NCBI GenBank assembly: GCA_963840035.1
Contig: CAWIXE010000003.1
Span: forward strand, 160,001-224,000
DNA from: a candidate division FCPU426 bacterium
GTDB taxonomy: Bacteria > Oederibacteriota > PGYV01 > Palsa-1178
Length of the DNA stretch: 64,000 bases
Reading direction: 5' to 3'
This document shows positions 39,248 to 50,044 of the stretch, piece after piece; the stretch's first letter is position 1; each line of letters starts with the position of its first letter. The notes beneath the pieces were generated by a model, which was given only the letters and a program-made list of their open reading frames with translations, did not search any database and was not told the DNA's origin. The translations under genes and the position numbers were made by a program.

Positions 39248-40165
39248 ATGAGGATTTTAGTTACCGGCGGGGCCGGGTTTATCGGAAGCAATGTCGCTGA
39301 CGCTTTTATGAAGGCGGGGCATGAAGTGGTATCCGTGGATAACATGTTCGCGGGAAATATGAGCAACGTGAGCAGGGGCATAAAGTTTTACAGGGAAGAT
39401 ATCAGGTCTAAAAAAATGCTCTCAATAATGAAAAAGGAAAAAATCGACGCGATAAGCCACCACGCAGCGCAGATAAGCGTACCTGATTCGGTAAAAAATC
39501 CGGGATTTGACGCGGACATAAATGTGATGGGCGTAATTAATCTGCTTGAATGCGCGAAAGACGCGGGGGTAAAAAAAGTTATATTTGTATCAAGCGGAGG
39601 CACGGTTTACGGCACACCTTCAAAATTCCCCGTTGCCGAGACGCACCCATATGCCGCGGAGAGCCCTTATGGCATCAGCAAAGTGGCAGGGGAATTATAT
39701 GTAAAGTTTTTTGCGGCGCAGTATAAAATGAAGTACACGATACTCCGGTACAGCAATGTATTCGGCCCCAGGCAGGTGCCGCACGGCGAGGCAGGAGTGG
39801 TTGCCATATTCATCAAGAAAATAATGGCGGGCCAGGCGCCCACGGTATTTGGCGGCGGAAAATGCGTGCGCGACTATGTTTACGTCGGGGATGTGGCCGC
39901 AGCCAACGTCGCGGCACTGAATAAAGGTGATAATATGGAGTTTAATATCGGAACAGGAATACCTACCGATACAAATATGCTCTATAAAGCGGTGCAAAAA
40001 GTGACCGGATTTAAGGAAGACGCGTTAAAAGGGCCTTTCAGGGAAGGCGATATCCTGGCGAATTACCTCGACAACAGAAAAGCAGCCAGGGTGCTTAAGT
40101 GGAAGCCGAAAGTCAAGCTTGAGGAAGGCGTTAAAAATACGTATGAGTACTTTAAAAATCTTTAA
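39248..40165 (+). CDS. NAD-dependent epimerase (UDP-glucose 4-epimerase-like)
   Basis: TGGAGFIG, YGISK, RYSNVFGPRQ. Confidence 0.92.
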   Translation: MRILVTGGAGFIGSNVADAFMKAGHEVVSVDNMFAGNMSNVSRGIKFYREDIRSKKMLSIMKKEKIDAISHHAAQISVPDSVKNPGFDADINVMGVINLLECAKDAGVKKVIFVSSGGTVYGTPSKFPVAETHPYAAESPYGISKVAGELYVKFFAAQYKMKYTILRYSNVFGPRQVPHGEAGVVAIFIKKIMAGQAPTVFGGGKCVRDYVYVGDVAAANVAALNKGDNMEFNIGTGIPTDTNMLYKAVQKVTGFKEDALKGPFREGDILANYLDNRKAARVLKWKPKVKLEEGVKNTYEYFKNL

Positions 40166-40271
40166 CTTATAGCTGAAAGCTTAAAACTGAAAGTTGAAGC
40201 GAAGACGATAATTTTCCCGGCCTTCACTTTAAGTTTTCAGTTTTAAGTTTTAAGTTGAACCCGGAGGTTTT

Positions 40272-41276
40272 ATGAAAGCCTTGATTCTCATCGGCGGCGA
40301 AGGCACCAGGCTTCGGCCGCTGACGTACACCACCTTAAAATGCATGGTGCCCATCGCAAACAGGCACTTCATAGATTATCAGATGAAACTCCTGAAGAAA
40401 AACTCTATCCGGGAAGTAATCCTTTCCATTTGCTACCTTCCGGAAAAAGTTAAAAAGGCCGTCGGAAGCGGTAAAAAATACGGCATGAAAATAAGGTACG
40501 CCAGGGAAAAAGAGCCTCTCGGCACGGCAGGAGCCATAAAGAATTGCGAAAAATACCTCGATGACACCACTGTTATCATGAACGGCGATATCCTTACGGA
40601 TATTGACATAAACGGCATGCTTAAATCCCATAAGGATAAAAAGGCCGTTGTTACCATCGCGCTTCATAAAGTTGACAATCCTTCGGCGTACGGGCTGGTT
40701 TTGACACAAAAGAGCGGAAGGGTTATAAGTTTTATAGAAAAACCCGGTGAGGCAGAAGCGCCTACAAACTGGATAAATGCGGGGATATATATTTTTGACA
40801 GGAAGGCGCTGGGATTCATACCGGCGGGAATAAAATGCTCCGTTGAGAGGGAAATATTTCCGGCGCTTATTGAGAAAGGGGAGCCTGTCTTTGGTTATAA
40901 AACTGGGGCTTACTGGCTTGATATAGGCAAGATAGACAGTTACAGAAAGGCAAATTATGACGTGCTCTCGGGTAAATTCAGAAATCCGTTCGGCGCTACG
41001 GCCGGCCGTAAAATTATTATCGGGAAAAACACTAAAATTGACAGAAAAGCAAATATTACCGGGCCGTTTATTATCGGGGCAGGTTCAGCCGTCTGCAAAG
41101 GCGCGGCTATAAAAAACTCCATAATATGGGACAGGGTGAAGATAGGGCAGGGCGCGGTTATAAAGGATTCAATTATCGGCGAGAAGTGTGTTGTAAAACC
41201 AGGGGCCGAAGTGGCAGATGCGGTAATAGGCGGAGGTACGGTTGTTTCATCCGGGACTATAGGGGCGGAAAAATGA
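40272..41276 (+). CDS. NDP-sugar synthase (mannose-1-phosphate guanylyltransferase-like) with left-handed beta-helix
   Basis: GGEGTRLRPLT, EPLGTAG, FIEKP, WLDIG, hexapeptide tail. Confidence 0.88.
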   Translation: MKALILIGGEGTRLRPLTYTTLKCMVPIANRHFIDYQMKLLKKNSIREVILSICYLPEKVKKAVGSGKKYGMKIRYAREKEPLGTAGAIKNCEKYLDDTTVIMNGDILTDIDINGMLKSHKDKKAVVTIALHKVDNPSAYGLVLTQKSGRVISFIEKPGEAEAPTNWINAGIYIFDRKALGFIPAGIKCSVEREIFPALIEKGEPVFGYKTGAYWLDIGKIDSYRKANYDVLSGKFRNPFGATAGRKIIIGKNTKIDRKANITGPFIIGAGSAVCKGAAIKNSIIWDRVKIGQGAVIKDSIIGEKCVVKPGAEVADAVIGGGTVVSSGTIGAEK

Positions 41277-42661
41277 GCGGCATAAAATTCGGGACGGACG
41301 GCTGGCGCGCGAAGATAGCCGAGGAGTTTACTTTTGAAAACCTTGAAAAAATAACTAAAGCATATGCCGCGGCAGAACTTGAAAAAACAAAAAAACCGCG
41401 TGTGGCTGTGGGTTACGACAACAGATTCCTTTCGGAAAAATACGCGGTTTTTGTCTCTGAAATACTCGCGCGGCACGGGTTTGCCGTCCATCTTTTTGAC
41501 GCTGCGGTGCCAACGCCGCTTGTATCCTGGACTATTGTCAGGAAAAAACTTGATTCAGGCATTGTAATCACATCCAGCCATAATCCCTTCACATATAACG
41601 GTTTTAAGATAAAAAACAGCAGCGGGGCCGGCGCTTCCGGGGAAGAAACCGGGAAAGTTGAAAGATACATTGTGAAACCGCGGAGGCTGCCGCTTAAAAA
41701 AGGCTCCATAACGAAGATAAACATGGACGACCAGTACGTAACAGCGCTTGCTTCCATAGTGGATGTAAACGCCATTAAAAGGTCCGGCATGAAAATCGTA
41801 GTGGACGCTATGTACGGCCCGGGAGCCGGCTATATGGAAAAGGCGCTCAACGGGTATAAAAACATAAAAACTATCCACGGATACAGGGACCCTCTCTTCG
41901 GAGGGATTACGCCGGAACCGGTAAGGAAAAACCTGCTTGAACTTGAGGAGGCGGTAAAGTCAGAAAAGGCGGATATAGGCGTGGCACTTGACGGAGACGG
42001 CGACAGGATGGCTTTTGTCGACGATAAGGGGCGTTACGCATCACCTCATAAGGTGCTTGTATTCCTGCTCCTTCACCACATAAAGAATAAAAAGATGAAA
42101 TTCAGGTTTGTCAAGACCATAGCAGGCACGGCCCTGCTCAATACATTAGCGGCTGAATACTCTGTGGAGCTTCTTGAAACGCCGGTTGGATTTAAGCATA
42201 TAGGTTCTCTTATGGCGCGGGACTCAGCGACAATCGGCGGGGAAGAAAGCGGCGGAGTGGGGTTTGGATACTACCTGCCTGAAAGGGACGGTATCATAGG
42301 AAACCTGATGCTGCTTGAATTCCTGGCTGCCGGCAAAAAAAAGGCGTCAGCAGTGCTGGCGCAGCTCGATGAAAAGTACGGAAAATATGAGTATGCCAGG
42401 CTGGATTTAAAGTTCATGGAAACAAAGAGGCGGAAACTTATGGATACCGCCGCAGGGCTTTATGAAGCGGGGAAAATATCGGGAAAAGCCATTACGGGAA
42501 TAAGCCGCCTTGACGGCATAAAGTATATGCTCGGGGATAATGAATGGGTGCTATTCAGGTTCTCGGGAACAGAGCCGCTGCTCAGGATATACTCGGAAGC
42601 CCCTTCAAAAAACGCGGCGGATGACAACCTGAAGTTCTGCGCCCAAGCGCTGGGGTTCTAA
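41273..42661 (+). CDS. Phosphoglucomutase/phosphomannomutase
   Basis: FGTDGWR, TSSHNP, DGDGDR, GEESGG, SGTEP. Start at ATG 41273 overlaps the upstream stop. Confidence 0.93.
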   Translation: MSGIKFGTDGWRAKIAEEFTFENLEKITKAYAAAELEKTKKPRVAVGYDNRFLSEKYAVFVSEILARHGFAVHLFDAAVPTPLVSWTIVRKKLDSGIVITSSHNPFTYNGFKIKNSSGAGASGEETGKVERYIVKPRRLPLKKGSITKINMDDQYVTALASIVDVNAIKRSGMKIVVDAMYGPGAGYMEKALNGYKNIKTIHGYRDPLFGGITPEPVRKNLLELEEAVKSEKADIGVALDGDGDRMAFVDDKGRYASPHKVLVFLLLHHIKNKKMKFRFVKTIAGTALLNTLAAEYSVELLETPVGFKHIGSLMARDSATIGGEESGGVGFGYYLPERDGIIGNLMLLEFLAAGKKKASAVLAQLDEKYGKYEYARLDLKFMETKRRKLMDTAAGLYEAGKISGKAITGISRLDGIKYMLGDNEWVLFRFSGTEPLLRIYSEAPSKNAADDNLKFCAQALGF

Positions 42662-44988
42662 TACTTTTTTTCAAGTTCCGCGTAGATCTTTTTAATCCTG
42701 TCCTGATCGGGCTTAACTGCCAGCGAACGTTTAAAATAGGATTTTGCCTCGGCCCAGTGCTTTAAATTCATGTGGCACAATCCGGCGTTATTTAACGCGC
42801 CAAGGTTGTTAGGGTCAAGCTGGAGCACTTTTTCATAAAGAACAATCGCGTCAATGTACTTCGCGTCCATGGAAAGTATCAATCCCTTGTAGAAATAAGA
42901 ACGGCCCATACCGGGGTTAAGGCTGATATCCAGTTCGAATTCCTTCATTGCCTCATTGTTTTTTTTCGCGTTAAAGAGCTCAAGCCCTTTCTGATAATGC
43001 ATTATCTGTTCCTTGCCGAGCTTTATCTGCCTTTCATATTCCGTCTGTGCCTGCGATATGGCTCTGTTTTTATACAGCATGGCGGTTATATTGCGCGGGT
43101 CCAGGCTTATTACGCGGTCAAAATAATTGGCGGCGAGCTGGGCTTTGCCGATTTTTCCGTAAAAACTTCCGAAGTTAAAGAGCAGTTCCGGATTATTCGG
43201 GTTTAATTTTTCAGCGGCTTTTAAAAGCGTTTCGGCGCGCGTTAAGCTGCCGGCGGTAATGGTGTTATTTACGTATTCAATGGCCACATTTGTAATCACG
43301 GGGAGATTGTCGTAGGATGTTTCGGCCGCTTTTTCGAGCATATATTCATAACCGGTAAAATCATTGACGAGTTTCCGGTATTGCCCGTAGCGGAGCAGGT
43401 AGTTGCCGACAACTTCACGTTCTTCAAAATCATGAAAGAAAGCCGCGTCATTTGTGATACCTTTCATTGAATATAATTTCCACGGATAGGTTATCGGCGC
43501 AATCGGGGTATCAGCTTCGCTGAAGATTACCCCGTAAGGCATTTCTTTAAAGATTTTTGCAGTGGACTGGTTAATGGAGTACACAGGGTAATACCCCTTT
43601 GAAAAAACCTCAATAATTGTGTTTGAGAGGCTGGAATGCCTGGAATCCTTCCCTAAGTCCTCTATATCCTTAAAAACAGTCGGGACCAGGTCAAAAATCC
43701 GGATATCAGGGTAGAGTTTAAGGACATATTTAAAATATGCCAGCGGGTAGGTTTGGTTGTCGCCTATGGCAAAAAGGCTTGATTTAGCCGGGATATTTTC
43801 AAGGATGTCCTTGGGGAAAAAGTATGCGACGAAATCAATGGATTTATTATTCTCGTAGAAATTAACGGGCAGGCTTAAGGCTGTTGTGGTAAAAAATGCC
43901 GCGAAAACAGCGCCACAGGCCAAAGTTTTATTTTTTATAAGCGAAGCTGCGTATTCGAAAAAAATAAAAACGAATATCAGTCCGGCCATGTATGAAGGAA
44001 TCAGGTACCTGAACGCCAGCTTTAAGTCGCTGTAGTCGCCGTAAAGCGACAGCACAATGACATTTACAATGCATAACCCCAGGAGCAGCAGGGCGTACCG
44101 GTTTTTTCTTATGAAAGCGGTGAGGGCGCCTGCTACTGCAAGTATAATCCCGGCGGGAGACAGTTCCCGCAGGACAACTGTTTTTATATATCCGTAAAAT
44201 GCGGCAAAACCCGCTCCGTCGCGGGCGAACATCTTGCGCTTATACTGCTGCTGTGTTATATAGGAATAAAAATCATCTGATGTGGCGAATTTTTTCCACT
44301 GCATGAGCGTGTCTGTGCTGCCCCGTAGCATAATGAAAAAGTAAGTTGATAAACCGGTGAGGAAAAAAACTATTATCCAGAAGAGGCTTTTAAAGAAAAA
44401 TTTAAAATCCGCCACCGCGATGAAAATCCATAAAAGTCCGCAGGTAATGGTGAAGGTAAGATGGAGGCCTGAGCCGGCGCCGGTTAAGAACGCCAGCAGG
44501 TAAAGCAGTTTCGCGTCCTTTGACCTTTCGGTATAGGTAAAAAATATTATAAGCGCTATGGCGCAAAATACGGCGTTTAAGGTATAGATCCTGGCCATGC
44601 CTGACTGTGACCAGAGGGTGTATGAAAAAATGAAAAGAACGGCGGCTGTGAAGGATACAAAATATTTGACGAAGTTATTTTTAACAGTGGTTGATATTAT
44701 GAGAAACAGCTGGAATAAGAGCGCCGGGACAAGCGCGGCGAAGAGGGCTGACATGAGGTTGAACCTGAAGGCGATGTTAGCCAGCGGCACCATGGAAAAA
44801 ATTTTTCCAAGCATCATGTATACGGGAAATCCGGTGGGGTGGGAGATCCCGAGGGAATGCGAAGCTGCCATTAACTCCCCGGAGTCGCCGAAAGTGACGG
44901 TGGGCGCCATAGTGCTTAAGTACAGGCCAAAAGCCGCCAGGAAGATTATTGCCGTAAGCGCGAGGTTTACATTTTTTTCATTTTTCAT
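42658..44988 (-). CDS. DUF2723/TMEM260-like GT-C membrane protein with C-terminal TPRs
   Basis: APTVTFGDSGEL, HPTGFP, GDNQTYPL, many TM segments, TPR repeats. Confidence 0.85.
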   Translation of the reverse strand: MKNEKNVNLALTAIIFLAAFGLYLSTMAPTVTFGDSGELMAASHSLGISHPTGFPVYMMLGKIFSMVPLANIAFRFNLMSALFAALVPALLFQLFLIISTTVKNNFVKYFVSFTAAVLFIFSYTLWSQSGMARIYTLNAVFCAIALIIFFTYTERSKDAKLLYLLAFLTGAGSGLHLTFTITCGLLWIFIAVADFKFFFKSLFWIIVFFLTGLSTYFFIMLRGSTDTLMQWKKFATSDDFYSYITQQQYKRKMFARDGAGFAAFYGYIKTVVLRELSPAGIILAVAGALTAFIRKNRYALLLLGLCIVNVIVLSLYGDYSDLKLAFRYLIPSYMAGLIFVFIFFEYAASLIKNKTLACGAVFAAFFTTTALSLPVNFYENNKSIDFVAYFFPKDILENIPAKSSLFAIGDNQTYPLAYFKYVLKLYPDIRIFDLVPTVFKDIEDLGKDSRHSSLSNTIIEVFSKGYYPVYSINQSTAKIFKEMPYGVIFSEADTPIAPITYPWKLYSMKGITNDAAFFHDFEEREVVGNYLLRYGQYRKLVNDFTGYEYMLEKAAETSYDNLPVITNVAIEYVNNTITAGSLTRAETLLKAAEKLNPNNPELLFNFGSFYGKIGKAQLAANYFDRVISLDPRNITAMLYKNRAISQAQTEYERQIKLGKEQIMHYQKGLELFNAKKNNEAMKEFELDISLNPGMGRSYFYKGLILSMDAKYIDAIVLYEKVLQLDPNNLGALNNAGLCHMNLKHWAEAKSYFKRSLAVKPDQDRIKKIYAELEKKY

Positions 44989-45775
44989 GGCTTAAGTTTA
45001 TCCTTTCAATTGAAGTTGATTTTCCGGTTGTCTCGTCGACGGAAATTAAAACGGCATTCAGCCTGACCCCTGTATCGGAGAGCTCGAATTTTTCCGGCAT
45101 GGATGTCAGGAACCTGCGGATTATGATTTCTTTTTTTACGCCTATCACGGAGTCAAAAGGGCCTGTCATGCCGGCGTCGGAGATGAATGCCGTGCCGCCG
45201 TCAAAGATCCTCTCATCCGCTGTCTGCACGTGGGTGTGCGTGCCTATGACGGCTGAAACCCTGCCGTCCAGGTAAAATCCAAGCGCCTGTTTTTCAGAAG
45301 TGGCTTCAGCGTGTATGTCCACGATGATAACGGACGCTTTTTCCTTCATGTCCTTTACTATCCTGTCAGCCGCCTTAAAAGGGCAGTCAACCGGCAGCAT
45401 GAAGACCCTGCCTACAAGCGATATGACGCCTATATTTATTTTTTTTCCGGATTTTTCAATGGTGAAGATGGATGAACCGATGCCGGGGTTGCCTTCAGGA
45501 AGGTTGGCGGGCCTTATAAGGCGCCTGTCCGCCTCCAGCACGGGTATGATGTCTTTTTTATCGAGGGTGTGGTTGCCAAGGGTCACCGCGCCGACCCCGG
45601 CGCGGAGAAGTTCTTCAAAGGTCTTGTCCGTGATGCCAAATCCTCCGGCAGCGTTTTCGCCGTTAGCTATGACAAAATTCACGGATCTTTCCTTTACAAT
45701 CTTCGGCAGGAGGGAATTAAGGGCATCACGCCCGGGCCTGCCGTTTACGTCTCCGATAAACAGAACGTTGATCAT
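44978..45775 (-). CDS. ymdB: YmdB/TIGR00282 metallophosphoesterase
   Basis: GDVNG, NGENAAGG, GNH, DIHAEATSEK, GTHTHV. Confidence 0.93.
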   Translation of the reverse strand: MINVLFIGDVNGRPGRDALNSLLPKIVKERSVNFVIANGENAAGGFGITDKTFEELLRAGVGAVTLGNHTLDKKDIIPVLEADRRLIRPANLPEGNPGIGSSIFTIEKSGKKINIGVISLVGRVFMLPVDCPFKAADRIVKDMKEKASVIIVDIHAEATSEKQALGFYLDGRVSAVIGTHTHVQTADERIFDGGTAFISDAGMTGPFDSVIGVKKEIIIRRFLTSMPEKFELSDTGVRLNAVLISVDETTGKSTSIERINLSHEK

Positions 45776-45857
45776 TTAACACCTTGATTTAGCCCAAAGT
45801 ACAAAGCCCATAGCCCAGGGGTTGCCTGGGCTTTGGGCTTTTTTATTTGGGATTTAT

Positions 45858-47414
45858 TTACTTCGCGTACTCCACGGCCCTTACTTCGCGTATTACGGTA
45901 ATCCTTATCTGGCCGGGGTACTGAAGTTCGGCTTCAACTTTTTTCGCTATGTCTTTTGAAAGCTGGTAGGATTTCAGGTCGTCCATCTGTTCCGGTTCGA
46001 CCATGATCCTTACTTCGCGGCCCGCCTGTATGGCGAATACGCGCTGTACTCCTTCAAATGATGAGGCAATTTTTTCGAGGTTCTCGAGCCTTTTAATGTA
46101 GCTCTCGAGGGTCTCGCGCCTTGCGCCCGGCCTTGCGGCTGATATTCCGTCCGCTGCCTGCACAAGCACTGCTTCGATGGATTTTGGCTCAACATCGTTA
46201 TGGTGCGCTTCTATGGCGTGGAGGATTTTTTCTGATTCGCCGTATTTTCTGGCGGCTTCAACACCCAGAGCTACGTGGGAGCCTTCCTGCTCATGGTCGA
46301 TTGCTTTTCCGATATCGTGGAGCAGCGCGGCCCTTTTAGCAAGGGTCGGGTCTATGTGAAGTTCCGACGCGATAATTGACGTGATGAAAGCCATTTCAAT
46401 GGAGTGCTGAAGGACGTTCTGCCCGTAGCTGGTCCTGAAGTGGAGCTTGCCTAAAAGCCTTACCAGCTCCGGGTGCAGGGTGCCGATGCCGACATCCATG
46501 CATGTGCGCTCGCCGATTTCCTTTATTTTTGTTTCCATATCGGCTTTTGTTTTCTCAACTATTTCCTCGATGCGTCCCGGGTGTATCCTGCCGTCCTGTA
46601 TGAGGCGCTCCAATGACATCCTTGCTATTTCGCGGCGGACCGGGTCAAAGGCTGATATGGTGACTGCTTCAGGGGTATCATCTATGATGAAGTCAACTCC
46701 TGTGGCTGATTCTAAAGTCTTGATATTCCTTCCTTCGCGGCCTATGATGCGGCCCTTCATTTCCTCGTTAGGCAGCGGCACAACGGATACGCTGACTTCA
46801 GAGGTGTGGTCCGCGGCTACGCGCTGAATGGCTGTGACAATGATCTCGCGCGCTTTTTTCTCGGCGTTTTCCTTGGTTTCTTCCTCTATCCTTTTTATCT
46901 GGAGCAGGGAAGCCTGTCTTGCCTCGTTAAGCATGGAATTGATAAGCTCGTTTTTCGCGTTCTCCGCGGATAACCCGGAGATTACCTCGAGTTTCTGCCT
47001 CTGTTCGGTTACAAGCTTGCCGAGGTCTTCCTCGTTCTTTTTCAGTTTTTTCTCGGACTCAACCAGTTCGTTCTTTTTCTGGGTTATTTCCTTCTGGCTT
47101 TTGTCCATGGTCTCGGCGCGCTTGTCGATGGATTCCTCGCGCTGTCTTAAGCGTTTTTCCAGGTTGTTAAGCTCCTGGCGTTCTTCCCTGGTTTTCGTGT
47201 CAAATTCCGACTGCGCTTTGAGGGTCTTATCTTTTAACTCCAGTTCGGCTTCTTTTTTAACTGACTGGGCGTCTTTCTTGGCGCCTTCGATGATCTGGTT
47301 CGCGTAGGCCTTAGCGCTTGAAATCTGCTGCTCGGCGATGAACTTCCTCAAAAGGAAACCGATACCCGCACCGGCTAAGAGCGCGATTACTGCCGCAATG
47401 ATGGTTACTAACAT
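45858..47414 (-). CDS. rny: Ribonuclease Y
   Basis: N-terminal TM, coiled coil, KH ([11 protein letters not shown]), HD (LLHDIGK). Confidence 0.96.
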   Translation of the reverse strand: MLVTIIAAVIALLAGAGIGFLLRKFIAEQQISSAKAYANQIIEGAKKDAQSVKKEAELELKDKTLKAQSEFDTKTREERQELNNLEKRLRQREESIDKRAETMDKSQKEITQKKNELVESEKKLKKNEEDLGKLVTEQRQKLEVISGLSAENAKNELINSMLNEARQASLLQIKRIEEETKENAEKKAREIIVTAIQRVAADHTSEVSVSVVPLPNEEMKGRIIGREGRNIKTLESATGVDFIIDDTPEAVTISAFDPVRREIARMSLERLIQDGRIHPGRIEEIVEKTKADMETKIKEIGERTCMDVGIGTLHPELVRLLGKLHFRTSYGQNVLQHSIEMAFITSIIASELHIDPTLAKRAALLHDIGKAIDHEQEGSHVALGVEAARKYGESEKILHAIEAHHNDVEPKSIEAVLVQAADGISAARPGARRETLESYIKRLENLEKIASSFEGVQRVFAIQAGREVRIMVEPEQMDDLKSYQLSKDIAKKVEAELQYPGQIRITVIREVRAVEYAK

Positions 47415-47692
47415 GTTATACCTCCTCCAATGATGTTTGGTTTTTCCGCAGCCCTAAAATTCAGTTAATAGGCATAGTATGGCTTACGGCCGCTTAATTT
47501 GCGGAGGAGAAAAACGGACTTGGATTTAGACTGAAAAAAGGTTAGACGATATCAACAGAAAGAAAATCCAGGGCTGTAAACACAGTCCGGTTTTTGTCTG
47601 CTGATATGACAGGGCTTTTTATGCCGCTAATTACCTTATTTTCAATGTAAATTATGAACATCCGTCACTCTCCACCGTAAATTACGGTTACC

Positions 47693-47775
47693 CGCCTTTG
47701 CCAAGGCTCCGGCGGGTTAACCCGCTTTCGCATTTAGCCCGGGCGGGCTTGCACGCCATAGCTTTAGCGAAGGCG
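47693..47775. repeat. CGCCTTCGCTAAAGCT-type inverted repeat pair
   Basis: cgcctttgccaaggctccggcg versus cgccatagctttagcgaaggcg. Confidence 0.55.
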
Positions 47776-47786
47776 TGTGAAAATTT

Positions 47787-47960
47787 TATCCCCACAAGAT
47801 GCCGTGAGAGGCAACAATTTGGACCTCATCAAACAGGTGGGTGCCACGCGTCAGCTTTAGGCTTCCTGCAAGCAGGCATGCACACGGCTAAACGGTTTTG
47901 GCGCCCTATTTAATAAGTGTTGGACCAAATTAAAAGCATCTACACAAACACCGCAGGGTA
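47787..47960 (-). ncRNA. ssrS: 6S RNA
   Basis: Minus strand ccctgcggtgtt...aatttggtcc...ggcacccacctg...ggtccaaatt...cggcatcttgtggg forms a long rod. The position upstream of rny-ymdB is the known 6S synteny. Confidence 0.72.
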
Positions 47961-48123
47961 TATATACTCTGTTTTCGTTTCAAAATAACACAATTTCCCA
48001 ATGACAAATATTAACATATTACCCTCAATACCGTCAAGGGTTTTTGAGTGTCCTTCCTATTATATAAGGTGCGATGAAATGGGCATAAAGTCGACCCGAG
48101 GTCGGAAAATGAAGGGTTTTGAA

Positions 48124-48151
48124 TTGACTGATTAAGATCATTTGATATAAT
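48124..48151 (+). promoter_or_regulatory. Sigma70 promoter
   Basis: TTGACT-16 nt (TG)-TATAAT, with aaggagg RBS downstream. Confidence 0.65.
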
Positions 48152-48185
48152 TATTACGGGGTAATAAAAAAATAAGGAGGTTTTC

Positions 48186-49757
48186 ATGAAAAAAGCTTTA
48201 TTTTGTGTTCTTTTTGTTGTTTTAGCTTTACCGCTTTTCGCCGGACCATCAGGTAGTTCCGGAATGTCAACAACCCTTAATAATGGTGTTTCAGCAAGGC
48301 TCCAGTCAATGGGATCCCCTGAATTCATTATTGAGGACCCGTCAAGCGAGATTAATCTGTATGAGGCGGGGTTTGGCGCCGCGATTTTTGGGACAAAAAA
48401 GAAAAACACGCTTTCCCTTTCGCCGGGGCTTGAACTGGATTTGTTCAAGGTAAGGCCTGAATCGGATTCAAACTCGACAATGGAAGCAACAATGTTTGGG
48501 GCAGGAAACGGATTGAGCGGTTTAGGCAATAAGGACGGGCTTATGATTTACCCGGCTGACGACCTTGCAGTTTCTATCAGGCCCTTTGGCGAGTACCTCG
48601 ACGGCAGTTTCAGAAACTTCAGGGAAGACGGCCTCGGCGGTGAGCAGAAAGGCGAACCGAGGGAATACCTCTACGGCGGAAATGTGGAAGTTTCAAAAAA
48701 ATTCTCACCCGGGTTTGCCATGTCAGGGCTTTTGGGGTATACCAGCCATATGGTCCTTTTCAGGGACAAGGGCGATATCCATTACCGTGAAAGTGGAAAT
48801 TTCACGCCAATAGCTGAAATTTCGGCGGCTTTCTTATCCGAGTCAAGGGGAGGGTGGAATCTGGGTATTACGGCCGGCAATAAAGCCGGGACAGACCCGC
48901 TGCTGAAACTCAAAGGAGAGCTCACACAAAGCAATTTAGAGTATGAAATCATGGGATTCGCTTCGGGAATATTTACGGATACTTTCTATTATGAAGACAG
49001 CAAGACCACAACTGAGGATGTTTACTATCAGTACGGCGCGCTGATACATATAAACTTCGGAGCGGCCAGGGAGGGTGAGAATGACGCCTTTTCAGCGAAT
49101 ATAGGGCTGCGCACACTCGTACCGTATAAGGAGTATTACGAACGGATAATCTATGATAATTCCGGGAAAGAAACAGCCAGGGAAAAAGGCGTTACGGGAG
49201 CTGTTGTTGATTCTGGCATTGGCGCGCTGGCAAATATGGCCTACAGGATAAATCTTGGGGCTTTTACAACAGGGGCAAAAATCGATTTCTCGTCCATGTA
49301 TATTAAAGAACCGGGGAACAGCTCGTATAATGTTTATTCCGTAACCGGAAAAACGGGCGCGACATACACGGGTATCGAAGGCGTTAAAATACCGCTTGAA
49401 ATATACCTGCAGGATATCACAGCTTACGACATGAAGAACGATCCGTATTTTGTTATGAGCACCGGGGCCAGCCTTGGTTCTGAAATCACATTAAGCAAGG
49501 GTTTTGACATACGTTTTGGCGCAAACGCGGGAATAAACGGCGAAGGAAACGGGCAGGACAAGATGATCTGCACCGTGGATAACCGAGGCATATTTGTCTA
49601 CGGCGTCAGCGCCGGTGTGGGTATTAAAAATGATTCCATAACCACAAACATAGGAGTAAAGTGGGACTCTTCATCCCAGCAGCCGCGCGACAATTTCTAT
49701 AAGCAGGCCGGGGCCGGGGCAATTAAGATCGTGTCAGATATTACCATAAACCTGTAA
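48186..49757 (+). CDS. Outer-membrane beta-barrel protein (FadL/PorV-like N-terminal motif)
   Basis: Signal peptide, SARLQSMG (cf. GARxxxMG), amphipathic strands through to the C-terminus. Confidence 0.6.
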   Translation: MKKALFCVLFVVLALPLFAGPSGSSGMSTTLNNGVSARLQSMGSPEFIIEDPSSEINLYEAGFGAAIFGTKKKNTLSLSPGLELDLFKVRPESDSNSTMEATMFGAGNGLSGLGNKDGLMIYPADDLAVSIRPFGEYLDGSFRNFREDGLGGEQKGEPREYLYGGNVEVSKKFSPGFAMSGLLGYTSHMVLFRDKGDIHYRESGNFTPIAEISAAFLSESRGGWNLGITAGNKAGTDPLLKLKGELTQSNLEYEIMGFASGIFTDTFYYEDSKTTTEDVYYQYGALIHINFGAAREGENDAFSANIGLRTLVPYKEYYERIIYDNSGKETAREKGVTGAVVDSGIGALANMAYRINLGAFTTGAKIDFSSMYIKEPGNSSYNVYSVTGKTGATYTGIEGVKIPLEIYLQDITAYDMKNDPYFVMSTGASLGSEITLSKGFDIRFGANAGINGEGNGQDKMICTVDNRGIFVYGVSAGVGIKNDSITTNIGVKWDSSSQQPRDNFYKQAGAGAIKIVSDITINL

Positions 49758-49771
49758 TCAGGTTGTTTTAT

Positions 49772-49802
49772 AAAAAGGCCGGGCGAAAGCCCGGCTTTTT
49801 TT
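49772..49802 (+). terminator. Intrinsic (bidirectional) terminator
   Basis: aaaaaggccgggc-gaaa-gcccggcttttttt. Confidence 0.85.
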
Positions 49803-50044
49803 GTTAATACGCCGGCATGGCGCGTCGCCCGGAGGATACGAAAGTAAAAGCGGCAGTTATATTCATTAAGGAAGGGACCGCCCCCGCGGAAGGCGGCGTA
49901 AAAAGAGGCGGGATAACGCCGCCTTCCTGATTGCGCAAAAACCGGGGCGGAAATTTTTTTATTATTTTTGTTGCATGTATCAGGCTTGTGTGATATATTT
50001 TTATCGGTTTTTAGGCGGGTACAAAAAAATAGAGGGGTGCAACA

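Noticed and set aside
47698..47913. 71-aa ORF
   Set aside because: It is antisense to the predicted 6S RNA and an inverted-repeat element.
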